From Epiperipatus broadwayi (lineage: Eukaryota; Animalia; Onychophora): a stretch of 64,000 nucleotides of DNA. Positions 9,247 to 22,425 of the stretch are shown here, piece after piece (positions within the stretch are counted from its first letter, which is position 1; each line of letters opens with the position of its first letter). The notes beneath the pieces are model-generated. The model made no database searches and was not told the DNA's origin. It saw nothing but the letters and a program-made list of their open reading frames with translations. A program made the translations under genes and the position numbers. Location of the stretch: NCBI GenBank assembly GCA_028023455.1, contig JAQFVV010000008.1:12028001-12092000 (forward strand), read 5' to 3'.

Positions 9247-11584
9247 TTTTAGTTGTTGTATTTGGTCTAAACATTTGAGAGATAAGTTACTAGTGATTTT
9301 TTTCACCTATAATTTCTGATTGATTACATCTAGAATCAATTTTTTTAAAAGTAAATATAATTTATTTGATGCAGTTAGTAATAGAAACTTTGAAATGTAT
9401 TTGATTTTGCCATAATCTATTAATAAATAACCACAAGAATTTATAAGTGGTTTACTTTGGAATGATTCTCCAAAAATAAATCGATCATTACATTTTAAAA
9501 TAGAGGTCAGTTTGAAATAATTATTGAGCATTTAGAACATATCTTAATATATTTTTAAAATCTATATCATACTTTTTTTTTCTTTCATGAAACTCAAATA
9601 ATGGCATTTAATAATGTTACCATCTTTAAACTTAATCTATTTATTGTTGTAATATAATATTTTATCATAATATAAAACTTATAAAAATGAATAATTATTT
9701 AGATATTGAAATATTATATATTGAACCAAAAATTTTCTCCGTTTCAAAGGTTTTCTTGCAAAATTAATACTAAGTTTTCTTTTTATAAAGTTATTTAAAA
9801 GTTTTATAGAATATAGTGGACATACGCAGCTATATTGTAAAATTCTGTAATTTTAAATTTCGTCTTCAACAGATTTTATGTGTTAGTTTAAAAGAAGTTT
9901 CTTCTGACACTTTTTTTTTTTTTTCAAATTGTAAAAACATTCCAAGTTAAAAGTTTTAGTCTTTGTTTTTTTTTGTTTTTTTTTGCGAAAGCTTTTAATT
10001 TTGGAAAGTTAATTGCATTTCGGTTTCTTTTATTTTAATTACAATCCATTTTTAGTTTAATTTTAAAAGCGGAGATTTAATTTTATTGTTTGTTTTTTTC
10101 TATAAAATAATCCCTGGTTAGAATTCTTAATTAAGGTTGAGCAAGAGATAGAGATTTGCCCTGGGCTAAGTCTTATAATTGAAAACAAGAAAGATTACGT
10201 GGCAGATAGAAAAAGGATATAAATAACCCCAAAAATTTTGGACATTTTTATTCTTGGCTTGACCAAGCTAATTCTGCTTCAAAGTGATAGATTCAGCTTC
10301 TAATAATTCCACTATTCATTGTCACGTGTTGATATTAGCCTGCTGAGATTCGCACTGTGTTGGCAGTCCAAACATATTTTTTCTTAAAGTTTGCTTTCAC
10401 AAAATGTCTAAATTCATTGCTATGTGTATTCAAACCTACAACATGCCTTGCTAACTTACCTAAGGATGAACTCATGATGCCAAGCTGTTCTTTCAGTCAT
10501 ACCATGAAAGTCTGAATTAGAAAGGATCCCGAAATATACCTCTACATTTGCCGCTGTGAAGAAATAAAACAACCTAAAAGATGAACTCGAAATAAATGTG
10601 CGCACTCTTTGAAAAATCCCGTGGACTCCGCTTTACCGGAAGATAAAAATATTTCTTATTCTTTCCAGGATATATAAGTCTCTATTTAAATCTCCGCTCA
10701 ATCTACAAATAAATCTGTTGTATAAAGTTTACCAGTTATTTAATCTTATAATTATTATATGTGTTTGCTTTTCTTTGTGTTTATAGGGTGTCTTGGAATC
10801 TTAGTTTTAAGATACCAAGTTTATTTTCAATTTTATTTATTGGGGAGTGTATTATGAGATTATATTTTATATGCTTACTATGCCTTCTTGTTTTATTACT
10901 AACTCTTGCTAAATGCTTTGGCAGACCTTCGTTATTTCAGTTTGCTCACCTGTCCCTATTTTAACGTTCAATAATTTAAGTTAATAGGTTTATGCTAGGG
11001 CAAACCGCAAATCTTTTGGCTGGTGGTTTGTTGTGTTTTGTTATTCTAGTTTTTGTGAAGTTGGAGATTTTGTGTCATTTCCAGATTACATGGTAAATCA
11101 TGAGCTGTCCTACCAGCAAAATGATGTTCTTGATTTCGATGCATTATTCCGAGCCAAGAAATGCTCACCGGCGCTGTTTCGTTGATTTTCTACAAGTCTA
11201 TTGGTTTTTTTTTTATATCTCTGAATTAAGAAACTAGAGTTGTTGTTCTTTTATAAATCGCCAGCAGGAAAATATTATTAATTTCCTTTTAAATAGTAGG
11301 TGAGACGTCCAACCTTTCTGCTAGGGCATTTAATGTTTTCAGATTTGCAGAACTCATATACACTCTCTGATGAATACATTTATAAAAATCTAGGTCAAAC
11401 TTTCGTATTCTGTTTGCTAGATTTACTTTAGTTTGTTTATTGAATTTAATAAAATTTTCAAATTAGTTTAAATTATTTTGGCTGATATTTGCCTATGTTT
11501 CATTTTCTCAATTGTCTGAACAATAGTTAAGATCTCTTGCTGTCTCCCTGGATCTAGTCAGTGCAAACCAGCAGCATCATCCAC

Positions 11585-14090
11585 TTGATGTGATGTGATG
11601 TACTGTAGCTTCTCCTTAAATGAAGTCAAGAATCTCTCAGCAATTATATCCAGAGAAACTGTTAGCCATTTTATTTTCCATTCCCCAGTCTAAGTTTTCC
11701 CATGTTCTGCTCCATCCCATTTCCACAACATAATCTTTGTCAACTCTATGGCCTTTATCTGTAAATCCCCCTTATCTTTTCCCAAACCCAGCATAAAAAC
11801 CAATAATCCACTGTCTGTATAATCACTTTTTCATATTTATTCTTCCATAACTTCATTATATGTATCCTTTCTGTTTTCAAGCATTTACATTCAATTAACA
11901 GATGCTTAATATTTTTTATCCTTCCTTACATAATTTACAAACTAAATCACCCATATTTTTCCATTTACATGTATATTCTCTTGTACTAAAGATCCCGTTT
12001 GAGCCTTAAACAATAAACTACTTTCCTTACTATTATCATATATTAACTCGCACCTAATATTCTGTTTATTTCTATATATATTTAAACTCTTTTTACTCTC
12101 CATACTAATTCTCCATCTCTCTAACTCCCTATTCTTTATTAATAAATCTATTCTTTTATCCCATTCCTTACCACTATAACACTCAACAATTCTCCTTTAC
12201 TTTTCTCACCCATCTTGTTGCCTGCCCTTTACTCATAACCCAATTAATTACTATTTTGGCTATTCTTTTATTATCCATAAACTGCAATCTACCAAACATT
12301 TTCATTTTACTTTTTGCATCTCTCATATGAAAACTTGACCATCCCATTTCTCCTTGAATTGCCTCCCTTGCTGTCCATACATTTGCATCTGACTTTCCTT
12401 TGAACTTTTTCTAAGTAATTTAATACCACTTTACTAACACATAATGCATCATTACCATATGTTAACCCTGCTACTGCAACTCCCTTCCATATAATTCTAG
12501 CTACATCATATTTATTATATGAAAACACTGTTAATTTCTTTATCAATCCCTTTTTTTTTGTTTTGCTTCATTTATCGATTTTTTCTCCCATTCATCCAAA
12601 TAATTTTTCTGATTACTTAAAATAATTCCCAAATAACTATATCTATTCACCACACTTAACTTAATATCTCCCAATAAAAATTCTACATCTTCTCATTATA
12701 TTTGATTTTTCTTCACTAAATTTAATCCCCATTTCTTTACCCACCCTTGCACGTCCTCAGCATAACTTCCATATCTTCTCTTCTTTCTGCACACAAAAAT
12801 ATATCATCTGCAAAAAAAGACCTGACAAAATATATACTCCTTATCACCTATTAACGGTATCTTTATCCCTCTTCCTACTCTTTCTATTGCTCTTTCCATT
12901 TCACTCAAATACAACACAAATAAAATAGGTTACATAGGGCATCCTTACCTTAGTCCTACCCTATTTTTAACTTTAACTGATTCTATATTCCCTAATTGAT
13001 ATATATATATATAATAATTATTTTTATATAATTTCTTAATAATATTCACTAAAGCTTCATCCATTCCCAAATTTTCTAAACTTATCCATAATCTATTTCT
13101 ATTTACTCTATCATATGCCTTCTCTATATCTATAAAACTCATATATAACTGTTTACCTGAATTCCTACTCATATTTCATAAGTTGTATAACTACAAATAA
13201 ACTATCTCCTATACGCCTATCTAACCTAAAACCTCCTTGCATTTCCCCCACTACATTATTCCCTTCCATCCATTTTACAACTCTTCTAGCCACCATATAT
13301 GAAAAAACTTTATATAAAACTGATGTTACCACTATCGGTCTATAATTATTTAACTTTCTATGATCCTTACCCTTTCCTTTAAATAATAATCTTACTCTTG
13401 TATTGCTCCAACTACTCGGAAAAACTCTATTCTGTGCCATCTTATTAAAACAGGATAATAACTTTATTTTTGCCCTATATCCTAAATTCATTATCATCTC
13501 TGCTGCCCATCCATGTAAATCTCTTGCCTTTCCATTTTTCAATTTCTTCTCTACCTCATTCAGTTCATTTTTTGTAAACCTACTATTCTCTTATTTTTCT
13601 CCTTCACTTTTTTTGCATATCTTCATATAATCATATATATTATTTATAATACTTCACTCATATACACTTGAATGCAATTAATTTTTTTAAAAACTTCTTT
13701 ATTTTCTTACAGTTTTGACTGTCCAGCAGTCTTCTTCAGAGGAAGATAGAGCTCTGAAGAAGACTGTTGGACAGTCGAAACTGTAAGAAAATAAAGAAGT
13801 TTTTAAGAAAATTAATTGCATTAAAGTGTATATGAGTGAAGTATTATAAATAATATATATAAACCTAATATTCCCATTACTATATGCTTTCATGTTTTCT
13901 GTCACCCTATCCTTCACATCTAACATCTTTTCTGTATTCATTACATATCTATTAAGAGCTACACTCTATTTCCTCATCATCTAGTAATACTATTTCTCTC
14001 TCTCCCCTACATTTCTCCTTTTAATGTAATTCCAAAATTTTTTACTCCCATCTCTTCCACATTTATTAATATCCTCCAACAATTTACTAT
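11585..14090 (-). mobile_element. 5'-truncated, decayed non-LTR retrotransposon (LINE) RT region
   Basis: Fragments NNYRPIVVTSVLYKVF, QGGFR, FIDIEKAYDRV, FFADD (~12803-12814) and C-terminal CKLC...HLLIEC knuckle. Multiple stops and frameshifts. (CATCA)n-like tail near 11587-11600. Confidence 0.9.
13641..13852. repeat. Near-perfect ~100-bp-arm palindrome inserted in the LINE, each arm with a hammerhead-like core (family C)
   Basis: Arms 13641-13741 and 13752-13852 are reverse complements with a 10-nt spacer and ATATATAT on both flanks. The right arm reads CUGAAGA A GACUGU UGG ACAGUC GAAAC UGUA. The left-arm copy has AAAAC instead of GAAAC. Confidence 0.85.
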
Positions 14091-15177
14091 TCAAAGGTAG
14101 ATTGAATGACCGTTACAATATATTAAGATACCTTCATAGAAAGTTTATTGATTTAAGAATTCCTGAGAAAAAAAAATTTTCATTAAATTAGTAACTGTTT
14201 GATCATTATTAATAATTGTTATAAAAATTATAGCATCCAGTATTCAAGATTATTTATTAATTTGGTATCTCAATTATGAAATGAAATAATATTTTACTTG
14301 TTTGTTTTTTTTACTTCATTTTATTGAAATAAGATATTACTAACTTGTCTAAATTAATCACAATTCAAACAGTTGCTTGCTCACTAACTATAGCCATTAG
14401 TGATTTTCAGATTATTTCTATGATTAGTTGTTAGCAGTAAGCATGTGAAATCTCTACAAAGCAAACTCTAAATTATAGAGGTTTTTTGAGGCATGCAGAA
14501 AACTGTAAAAGTGATGTCATTTGTATGTATATTATTTTTAAAAAAAATTGTAAAAGAATTATTACAAATACTGTAATAATTATTTTATAAATCTTTTTAT
14601 TAATTAAGATAATTACTGAAACACAGGCTTGTTATATACCTGTGGCTATATATATGTAATATAGGGTATATGAGCACAGACCTTCACACCACCCACCTCT
14701 CTCCACTCTATCTAATAACACTGATACACCTAAACACATATATGCTGAAAAGATAAATAATCACCAATAATTAAGATATAAAATTTAAAATGTTTTAAAT
14801 TTGAGTTGCTAGAATAAATTATTAAAGAAATAGAAAGTAGTGTATGATTGAGTGTTCTGATCATTGCAATTAATAAACTTTTTTTTGTCAGAGAACATAT
14901 ATGATTTTGGCATATTATTAAATATTAGGATACTATTTGCATGATAGTATGATTTTTGTAATATATCTAATCTTGCACTGAGCTGATGGTAAAATATATT
15001 TAAGTCCCAATTATTTTTGATTAAATCAAAACTTCTTAATTGATCATTTTAAAAAGCAAACAGAAATATAAACAAAATAGACTTTAAAAAAATATACTTA
15101 TTAATTATTTTATATATTTTTTTGCATTAATCATATTGGTAATGTATATTTATATGTTTTTTGTTTTATATTTTTAG

Positions 15178-15868
15178 ATATTTCAACAAGTTCAAGTTAC
15201 TCTTAATAATGAATTTAAAAAATTTTATGAAGAAGAGGCCTGGCTATGTATTCTCAAAAAAATTTCAAAGAGTACTGGTCTGAATTTAAAATCTATAGGT
15301 GAATCTCACTGCTTCCATGGAAGTTGGAAGAATATTGAAGAAGCCTATCAACTGTTAAAAGATGGTGTATTAAGTGATGCAGTTAATGATTCTGAGACCA
15401 TTTCTGATGAAGAAAATGAATTGGAATCTGATAGTAGGTCATTGACTCAAAGTCTCATCAACAGTAGACAAGTCACGGAAGGCTTTAATTTACAGGAAAC
15501 AAGTGCAAAACCTGGATTTTTTTCTGTGGATTATTTTAATACAAATATTACAGTTACTAAAGGAAATATATTACAAGAAGATGTTCAAGCAATTTTATGT
15601 CCCATTTCTTATGATTTTTCGATTTACGGCTTTCTCCATTACATTTTTCGAAAAATCAGTATTCAAGATTTGGAAAATTATTTGAAAAATCCATTTGATT
15701 ATAAACTTTTATCTGCCAATAATTTAATGATAATTTTTATTTTGCTTCCCAGACCTTCTATGGATGATATGATAAATTTGAAAATTCTAATTAAATTATA
15801 TGAAAAAGTATTTAATATTTGTGATGAGTTAAAGCTTCTGAGTCTAGCTATCCCTCTTGTTAATCAAG
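15178..15868 (+). CDS. Internal exon of a Deltex-like E3 ligase gene: linker region plus N-terminal two-thirds of a degenerate macrodomain
   Basis: Pyrimidine tract+AG acceptor at 15176-77 and open frame IFQQVQVTL...ITVTKGNILQEDVQAILCP...LLSLAIPLVNQ. Donor CAAG|GTAATA at 15869 (phase 1). Motifs parallel macrodomain VKGDIT..VDAIVN and SIAFP. Confidence 0.7.
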
Positions 15869-16272
15869 GTAATAATAATATAAGTACATATTTTTACTAG
15901 ATATCATAATACCTCACCAAAATATCAGGTTAGGGATCAAACATGCTATTCACAAATATGAATAATAACAGAAAACATTACTATTATATATTAGATATGT
16001 AGTAATGCTACCTATAAAACTGATATGAAAGCAAAATAAATACATTGATTACACTAAAAATATGAGGAATATAAATGTAAAAATATATAAATGGTTATAT
16101 TATAAATTTTTTTTATTTGGTAAACATATTTACACAAGCTGTTTTCTTTTCCGTTATTTATAAACAATTATGCACATTCAAATATATTTTATATCTAACA
16201 ATTATTTTCAATAATTCACTTTGAATTCTATATAAATTCTAATATTTGCAATTGTTAAGAATATATATATAT

Positions 16273-18961
16273 TGAAACAGTAAGGTCTGCTTTGCAGATC
16301 TTCATTTCACCTTTTCTTACCTATTTTCTACCCTCATACCTTAGTTTGAACCCCAATCTATCGTAGTGTGTCTGCAATACGCTTATATACTGAAAATCCC
16401 GCCTAATTTTAAACCACGAGCACAATGCTCGTATTTTATATATAACTCATTCCCAAATAAAATAAAAAGATTATAGATTATGTATGTTCACATAAGTTTG
16501 ATTTATTAAAAAGTAGGTTATATAAGTCGTAATTGCGCACACACTATGATATGCATTTTAAAACATATCAAAATTATAAATTGTTAAAGTTATTTTGTTT
16601 GAATCTATTTACAAATATATTACCGTCGTAATATATTTTGATTTAAAATAAAATTCATTTAGTAAATATTCGTTTAGTAAATAGATTCAAATATTGCAAT
16701 TTAAAAAGTAAAATCATTTTCTTTAATTTAATAAAAGTTATTCCAAATATTTCTGTTAAAATAAAGCGGGGACAATAGTTTAATTAGTTAATATTATATA
16801 AGTTTATCTAAAAACAGCAGATGTCCACTTAAGGTTTTCTTTAATTAGTAAAAGTAAGTTTTAATTAAATCTAGTTTGTAATCTGAATGTCGACAGGGAA
16901 ATTAACAAAAGAAATTAATTAATGTTGAATTCCTTTAGACATTGGGATAGATTTAATTACAGCTGATAAGTCCGATATATTTTTGTAATGCTCCAGGGCA
17001 GTTCTATTGTTAACGTCTACTATAAAAAGAATGGTTTTCTTTTGTTCTCCAGTTTTCTTCTAATGTTTCTAAGAGAAATCATTCTGAGGTCTAATGTGTC
17101 TAACCAAAATTATTGTAGTAATTTGTAAATCTTGACATGACAGAGTAGAGTGCAAGAAGGCTATTTCTCTCCGAAATGGTCATATGCTGCCTTATACCAT
17201 CGGAAGTTATCACATGGGGAACCCCGGAACTGCTGCTGCTGCCAAAAATATGAACATTTCCAGATTTTGCTGTTAAATTATATAAAAACCTGCCGACCAT
17301 CAATCTACCTAAATGCTTCTCCAGAGGTAACCCTAAATTAACCCAAGAGCTCTTGTGATTCCTAACTAACATGCTATAGCTATTTAACATTGTTTTCTTA
17401 TATTTCACATAACTTCATTATGTATTTCTTTAACGTGTTTAAATATACTCAACATTTTGCTCTCTATCCTTGGGTTAATATTTTCTATTTATAAAGCTTT
17501 CTTTTATTTTATTATGATAATGTGTCAGAATCGTCTTTGACCGAGTGAACCATTCCCTTTATTGAAAGTAAGACGCCGCTATTAAGGCATATTTTAAATT
17601 TATAATATTCCAATTTTATTATCTTGCAAATCACTCGTTCGAGGGCGATTCTTTTCTTTAATATAATATAATTACATAGTTTAAAATCTACATGTTATTG
17701 ATTTTAATCTACCATGAGAGTATGTGCGAGGTCAGTGATTTAAATGTGTCCCCAAATGCATGATTGCGTATATAAATCTATACTTACTTTTCAAACCCGC
17801 AAGCATGCATTTTCCTATTTTAATTACTGTGTTCTACTTTAATTATAAAGTTCATCATTGACGTCGAGAATGTGCGGACCCTTTTAAATGAATTTCGGGG
17901 AATTTGATTGGGCATTTCTCTTAATCCGAGTAAAACCCATTTAGTATGTTTTTATATACATTAGTCTCGTATTGCTGGTAAATGAATTGTTTGTTGAGAC
18001 CGCTTTGTTTTATTTTTCCAAGGATTCTTTACACGGCAAAGTCCATTCTTTTCGCTTATTGCAAGTTTCCAGGCAGAGGGTGTCCCAAATGATACTCCTG
18101 GGAATTAAACGCAATCGTCACACAGTCGCTAAGTTTCGGCTGTTCATAAAATACTTTCCTACGGGTTAGCGGCGAGATGCCCTCCGTAATTATTCCGGAT
18201 CTTCAATATTGTTTTATTTTTTTTTTATTTTACAAAGCATCCATGACTTAAACGTGTCACACCCTCCAACTTTAATAAATTCATTATCAGCAATACTGAC
18301 CTCCCAATGTAACTCTATTATTATTATTCTCAAATGAATGCCTTGATCACATTCCCACTTTGTTGCTTAGTAAGCTTTTGTCCGTGCTATTCTCGAAATC
18401 AATAAATATTTTAGAACACTTAATTTTCAAATATTTTCTTAGACTTGTATAATTACTCAAAGCACCTCGCACATGTTCCTATCTCATCAAGCACATTATC
18501 GTAATGCTATTGGCCCGAGGATTAGAATATATCCCTTTGCTTTAAAACCTTTTGTCATTTATTGAAATTAATGCCAATAATTATTTAATGCGCGTCCCTG
18601 TCTCATATAAGCAGACAGTGGCGTTATATATATAATTTATATGAATAAATTTTGTGAAATTATTTAAACTTTATTTGATTCCTATTTTCTGCATTTCTTT
18701 TGTAAATCCATAGGCGTTAATTAGCCACTCAAACTTCTTTTAGTATAGAGTCTTTTGTTTCTCCCTGACCACCAGGCACCGGTCAAAGGTCATACTAGTA
18801 GTGGCATCAGATGCGTTGTCACGTAGATGGCGCTGTGAAATTTGGACTTTAGATTTGAACTTAGTATATCTAGAAGGCAACCCCTCCTGGAATGTTCAGT
18901 TTCGTGTCTGGGGTTTGAATTCTGCAGTGTGTTAGCAAGATAGATGATTCTGACTGTTACA
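16273..18961 (+). repeat. 5' LTR (2689 bp)
   Basis: TGAAACAG...CTGTTACA; highly similar direct repeat of 24865-27595. Confidence 0.95.
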
Positions 18962-18987
18962 TAGTAAATTTTTTTTTCCCGGGTTCA

Positions 18988-19014
18988 TGGCTTGCCCAAA
19001 CGTGGAGCCTCGAA
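18988..19014 (+). promoter_or_regulatory. Probable degenerate tRNA-Lys primer-binding site
   Basis: TGGCTTGCCCAAACGTGGAGCCTCGAA resembles the tRNA-Lys(CUU) complement TGGCGCCCAACGTGGGGCTCGAA. It starts 26 nt after the LTR end. Confidence 0.5.
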
Positions 19015-20312
19015 TATTTAAACACCCACATCCCTGTAGCTTAATTTTAGCATTTTGTTTCGTATTTAATCACTCAAATCCTTTATATTTTTGACATATA
19101 TATAATATTTTTCAAACTCTATATTATCTATATAGTTTATTTGCGTGTATATTTCATATATTTTGTTTGACTCGGGCATTCAATTACTTATTCTATATAA
19201 TCAGAACTTGTCCAAACTTGCTATAGTGCGATACGAGCCATCTGTATTATCTGTATTTATTGTTTCACTTAAATCACGCTATGTACGCATAGCGTAAATT
19301 ACTTAAATATTGTCCCAAGTGAATATTGTGACAATCTATGAATATTTCAAATAATGTATTTTACTCTCAAAATAAAGTTTTATCGGCTCAATGCGCAAGA
19401 TAGCATAATAATAATTTTGTACGGTAATGACCTAGATATAATAGGCTATCGTATGGAATTCAGAAATAATTATAAATCAAATGTAATCAATAAAAAAAAA
19501 CGCGAATGTTTTAACGAGTGCCCGTAGTTAAATGGAATTTAAAATTAATTTTGGGAAGCTAAGTCTATGGGTCCTTTTTAACTGGTGGCATGGTGCCCAA
19601 GGGTAATTTCATTAAACGGAGTTACTTCTAAAATAAATTTTGTCACCAGGTTAAATTCTTTTATATGTAATTTGTTTTTTTTCAACGTGTGTAAATTTTC
19701 TTAGACCAAATAATGAGACGTCAATTGGATCAATGATTATGTAAATAAATATATATGTTTGCAAATTTTAAATAAGAGGGAACGAAATAGATATACCCGG
19801 ATCTAGCGAATGTTTATATATATAAATAAAGTTGCTTGAGTTTAAAAATATATATGTTAGCGAAACAATTTGACAGTTAGAATTTAAGAGATTTTTATAT
19901 ATATGGGCAGTTAAAAATATATATGTTGGCAGCAGATTTAAGCGAGAAATTTTAGCAGTAGTAAGAGGGCAGTAGTTGGGGTTTTAGTGATAAATGTAAA
20001 AGCAGCAATTAGGCCAACAGAACCGAGAGGGAGATAGCCTATTAGCCATTAATAAAATTTGAAGTCAAACGTAATAATCGCAGAGAATCAAACAAGGAAA
20101 ATATAGTAATAGTATTTTTTTAACCGTATTAGTTTTAGTTAGCTCAACGTAAAACCATTTTAAAAATTTTCTTATCAGTGCTATACATTGTTTTAAAAGT
20201 ACACCTATTCGTTAGAAAAAAAAATATTTTTTTAGGATATATTAATATAGTTAGCAATAAAATAAAAGGAAAAAGTCATCATCATCATCGATCACGATAA
20301 TCATCCAAGGCC

Positions 20313-20843
20313 ATGGATAATATGGAGAACAACCACGATGAACAAGAACTGGACCCATCTGGATTTTTTGAATCTCCTCCAATAAGTATGAGACCTGTCC
20401 AGCAAACAAGCCAGGGAGATTTCAATCGGAAATATCTGGAGGAATTGTATAGGAGAAGCGAAGAGAGAGCAAGAGAGCATGAAGAGGAAGCCCGAAAAAA
20501 AGAGGAAGAGTATAAAATATTTAACAGGCTGCTTCTTGACGAAATTGTCAAAGTAAAAAAAAACCAAAGGGCTCTCAAACTTAATATTGAAGAACACTAC
20601 CTAGAAAACTGGAAAGAGGACAGAACTACAAATCAGAGCTGTCAGACCTTTGACAGCAATCGACCAATTTCTCAAATCAACAATAGTACAAGAGATGCAG
20701 CCTGCAGTACATTAATTTCAGACTTCAGGGTTCAAACCCAGATTGATAAAATAATCACCATTCAGATATTTCGAGGAGAAGTAGGAGAAAATCCTCACCC
20801 ACACTTGGATAGCCTGCGGGATTTTTTTCTCTGTGTAATATGA
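20313..20843 (+). CDS. Gypsy Gag N-terminal part (coiled-coil plus start of capsid domain), frameshifted into the next ORF
   Basis: FRGEVGENPHPHLDSLRDFF continues in the -1 frame as SLCNMNCREQ...LYGYARDWW; the break is at a T7 run (~20822-20828). Confidence 0.85.
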   Translation: MDNMENNHDEQELDPSGFFESPPISMRPVQQTSQGDFNRKYLEELYRRSEERAREHEEEARKKEEEYKIFNRLLLDEIVKVKKNQRALKLNIEEHYLENWKEDRTTNQSCQTFDSNRPISQINNSTRDAACSTLISDFRVQTQIDKIITIQIFRGEVGENPHPHLDSLRDFFLCVI

Positions 20844-22198
20844 ACTGTCGCGAACAGACTGTGATGGCTAGCCATTACTTATATGGCTATGCAAGAGATT
20901 GGTGGAGCATGTTGACTAAAAAACCGAGCGACTTTGCCAATTACTGTAACACATTATTGAAGTATTATTGGAGTGAGGATCGGCAGAGTGTGATTCTAAA
21001 TACGATTTGCCAGGAGAAGTATGAAGCAATCAAAGAGACTTGCGTGCAATTTTTCATTCGCCTGGTAAACCGTTTTAGATCACTCACCGCATTCAAGTTT
21101 TCAGATTCCTACATCATCCGTACAATCCAACTGAATATGTCATTGGTCAGCAGCAGGATCAAAGATGTGGAAGTCATGGCGGAATTTTTGACGACGATCA
21201 ACTATGACCCATGGAATCCCCACCGTCAATCAGAACAAAATATGATGGGAGGGAATACGAGACCCAAAAGAACTGTGTTAGCACAACCCCACTACTCTCA
21301 TCCTCCAACAAAAGGAAGCCTCTTAGGGGATATGAACCCCGTGTCAATGGTTATCCGAGAAGAGGACCCCACCTGTGGAGTTCCTATTGGTCCGTGTCCA
21401 GTAATAAACATCGGAGTGGGATCCATTGAACTTCCTGCCCTTATTGACACTGGCAGTCAGATTTCCTGCATTTCAAAGGGATGGTTGCTACAAATGAAAG
21501 AACGGAGCGGATGTATACCCAGGTTACCATCCTGTCCCATCCAGATGAAACTGGCTGATGGAAAAAGAACCAAGACTGAAGCATACCAAGTATGGTTAGA
21601 AATAATCTTCAGGAAAATAACCATTGGGCACACTTTCCTAGCTATAAAAGGATTGGTCCATGATGTTATAATTGGATCCGATTTTCTGACCCAAAATAAG
21701 TGTATCCTTGACTATGCCACAAATTCAATCATGGTCCAGCAAGAGAAGATAGATTTTAATGAAGCCAATATCCTACCTGGAATCCAAGTTCAGTGTATGG
21801 ACGCCAGCATCGATGAAAGCACCATCAAATATAAGGTCAAAGAATCATCACTAGAAACTATCGAGAATCAGTCCCAATTGCATCAACTATTAATGGCAAG
21901 TCGGCAAATCTTCTCTCCAATCCCTGGAGAAATTAAAGGTTATGTCCACCGGATTCGTGTGAAGGAGGAAACCCACTTCCAGGCCCGGACATACCCCATT
22001 CCTTTCCAATATCAAGATGAAGTGAGTGCTCAGATCCAACAGATGATTACATGGGAGGTAATTGAGAAAGGATCATCACCATATAATAACCCATTAGTGG
22101 TTGTGAAAAAGAAAAATGGGTCTGTAAGACTGTGTTTAGATGCCAGAATGCTCAACAATATCACGATACTGGAACGGGATATCCCACCACCTGTATAG
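20840..22198 (+). CDS. Gypsy Gag C-terminal part, aspartic protease and RT N-terminus
   Basis: Protease ALIDTGSQIS and IIGSDFL; RT PLVVVKKKNGSVRLCLDARMLN. Ends at a premature TAG; a second in-frame TAG and a poly-A frameshift follow before YIDD. Confidence 0.92.
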   Translation: MNCREQTVMASHYLYGYARDWWSMLTKKPSDFANYCNTLLKYYWSEDRQSVILNTICQEKYEAIKETCVQFFIRLVNRFRSLTAFKFSDSYIIRTIQLNMSLVSSRIKDVEVMAEFLTTINYDPWNPHRQSEQNMMGGNTRPKRTVLAQPHYSHPPTKGSLLGDMNPVSMVIREEDPTCGVPIGPCPVINIGVGSIELPALIDTGSQISCISKGWLLQMKERSGCIPRLPSCPIQMKLADGKRTKTEAYQVWLEIIFRKITIGHTFLAIKGLVHDVIIGSDFLTQNKCILDYATNSIMVQQEKIDFNEANILPGIQVQCMDASIDESTIKYKVKESSLETIENQSQLHQLLMASRQIFSPIPGEIKGYVHRIRVKEETHFQARTYPIPFQYQDEVSAQIQQMITWEVIEKGSSPYNNPLVVVKKKNGSVRLCLDARMLNNITILERDIPPPV

Positions 22199-22425
22199 GA
22201 AGTTTTACTCAAATTATCTACAAAGAATATTTTTTCCACATTAGACTTAATTGCTAGCTATTAGCAGATGATATTACACCCCCAAGACAGGAAATACACG
22301 GCCTTCCATCACAACGGGCAAACACATCTGTTTAAGAGAGTACCTTTTGGCCTCATAAACAGCGGCGCTGGACTAATGAGGTGCTTGGACCAAGTTCTAT
22401 CTGAAGATCTAAAAAAAAAAAATTA

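Larger units (their letters stand above)
9836..14117 (+). mobile_element. Candidate solo LTR (~1.7 kb) with a nested LINE fragment
   Basis: ATAT|TGTAAAAT...TGACCGTTACA|ATAT. The 3' end matches the TGAC(C/T)GTTA(C/T)A ends of the other LTRs. No second copy is available to confirm the 5' boundary. Confidence 0.4.

Noticed and set aside
17100-18169. ORFs inside the LTRs (also 25661-26760) as env or accessory genes
   Set aside because: They are short, have no signal peptide, TM or known motif, and the two LTR copies differ by a frameshift in the same ORF.
20820-20845. Programmed -1 ribosomal frameshift at U UUU UUU
   Set aside because: It fits a slippery heptamer but falls inside the Gag capsid domain, not at the gag/pol boundary. 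A homopolymer deletion or assembly error is more likely.
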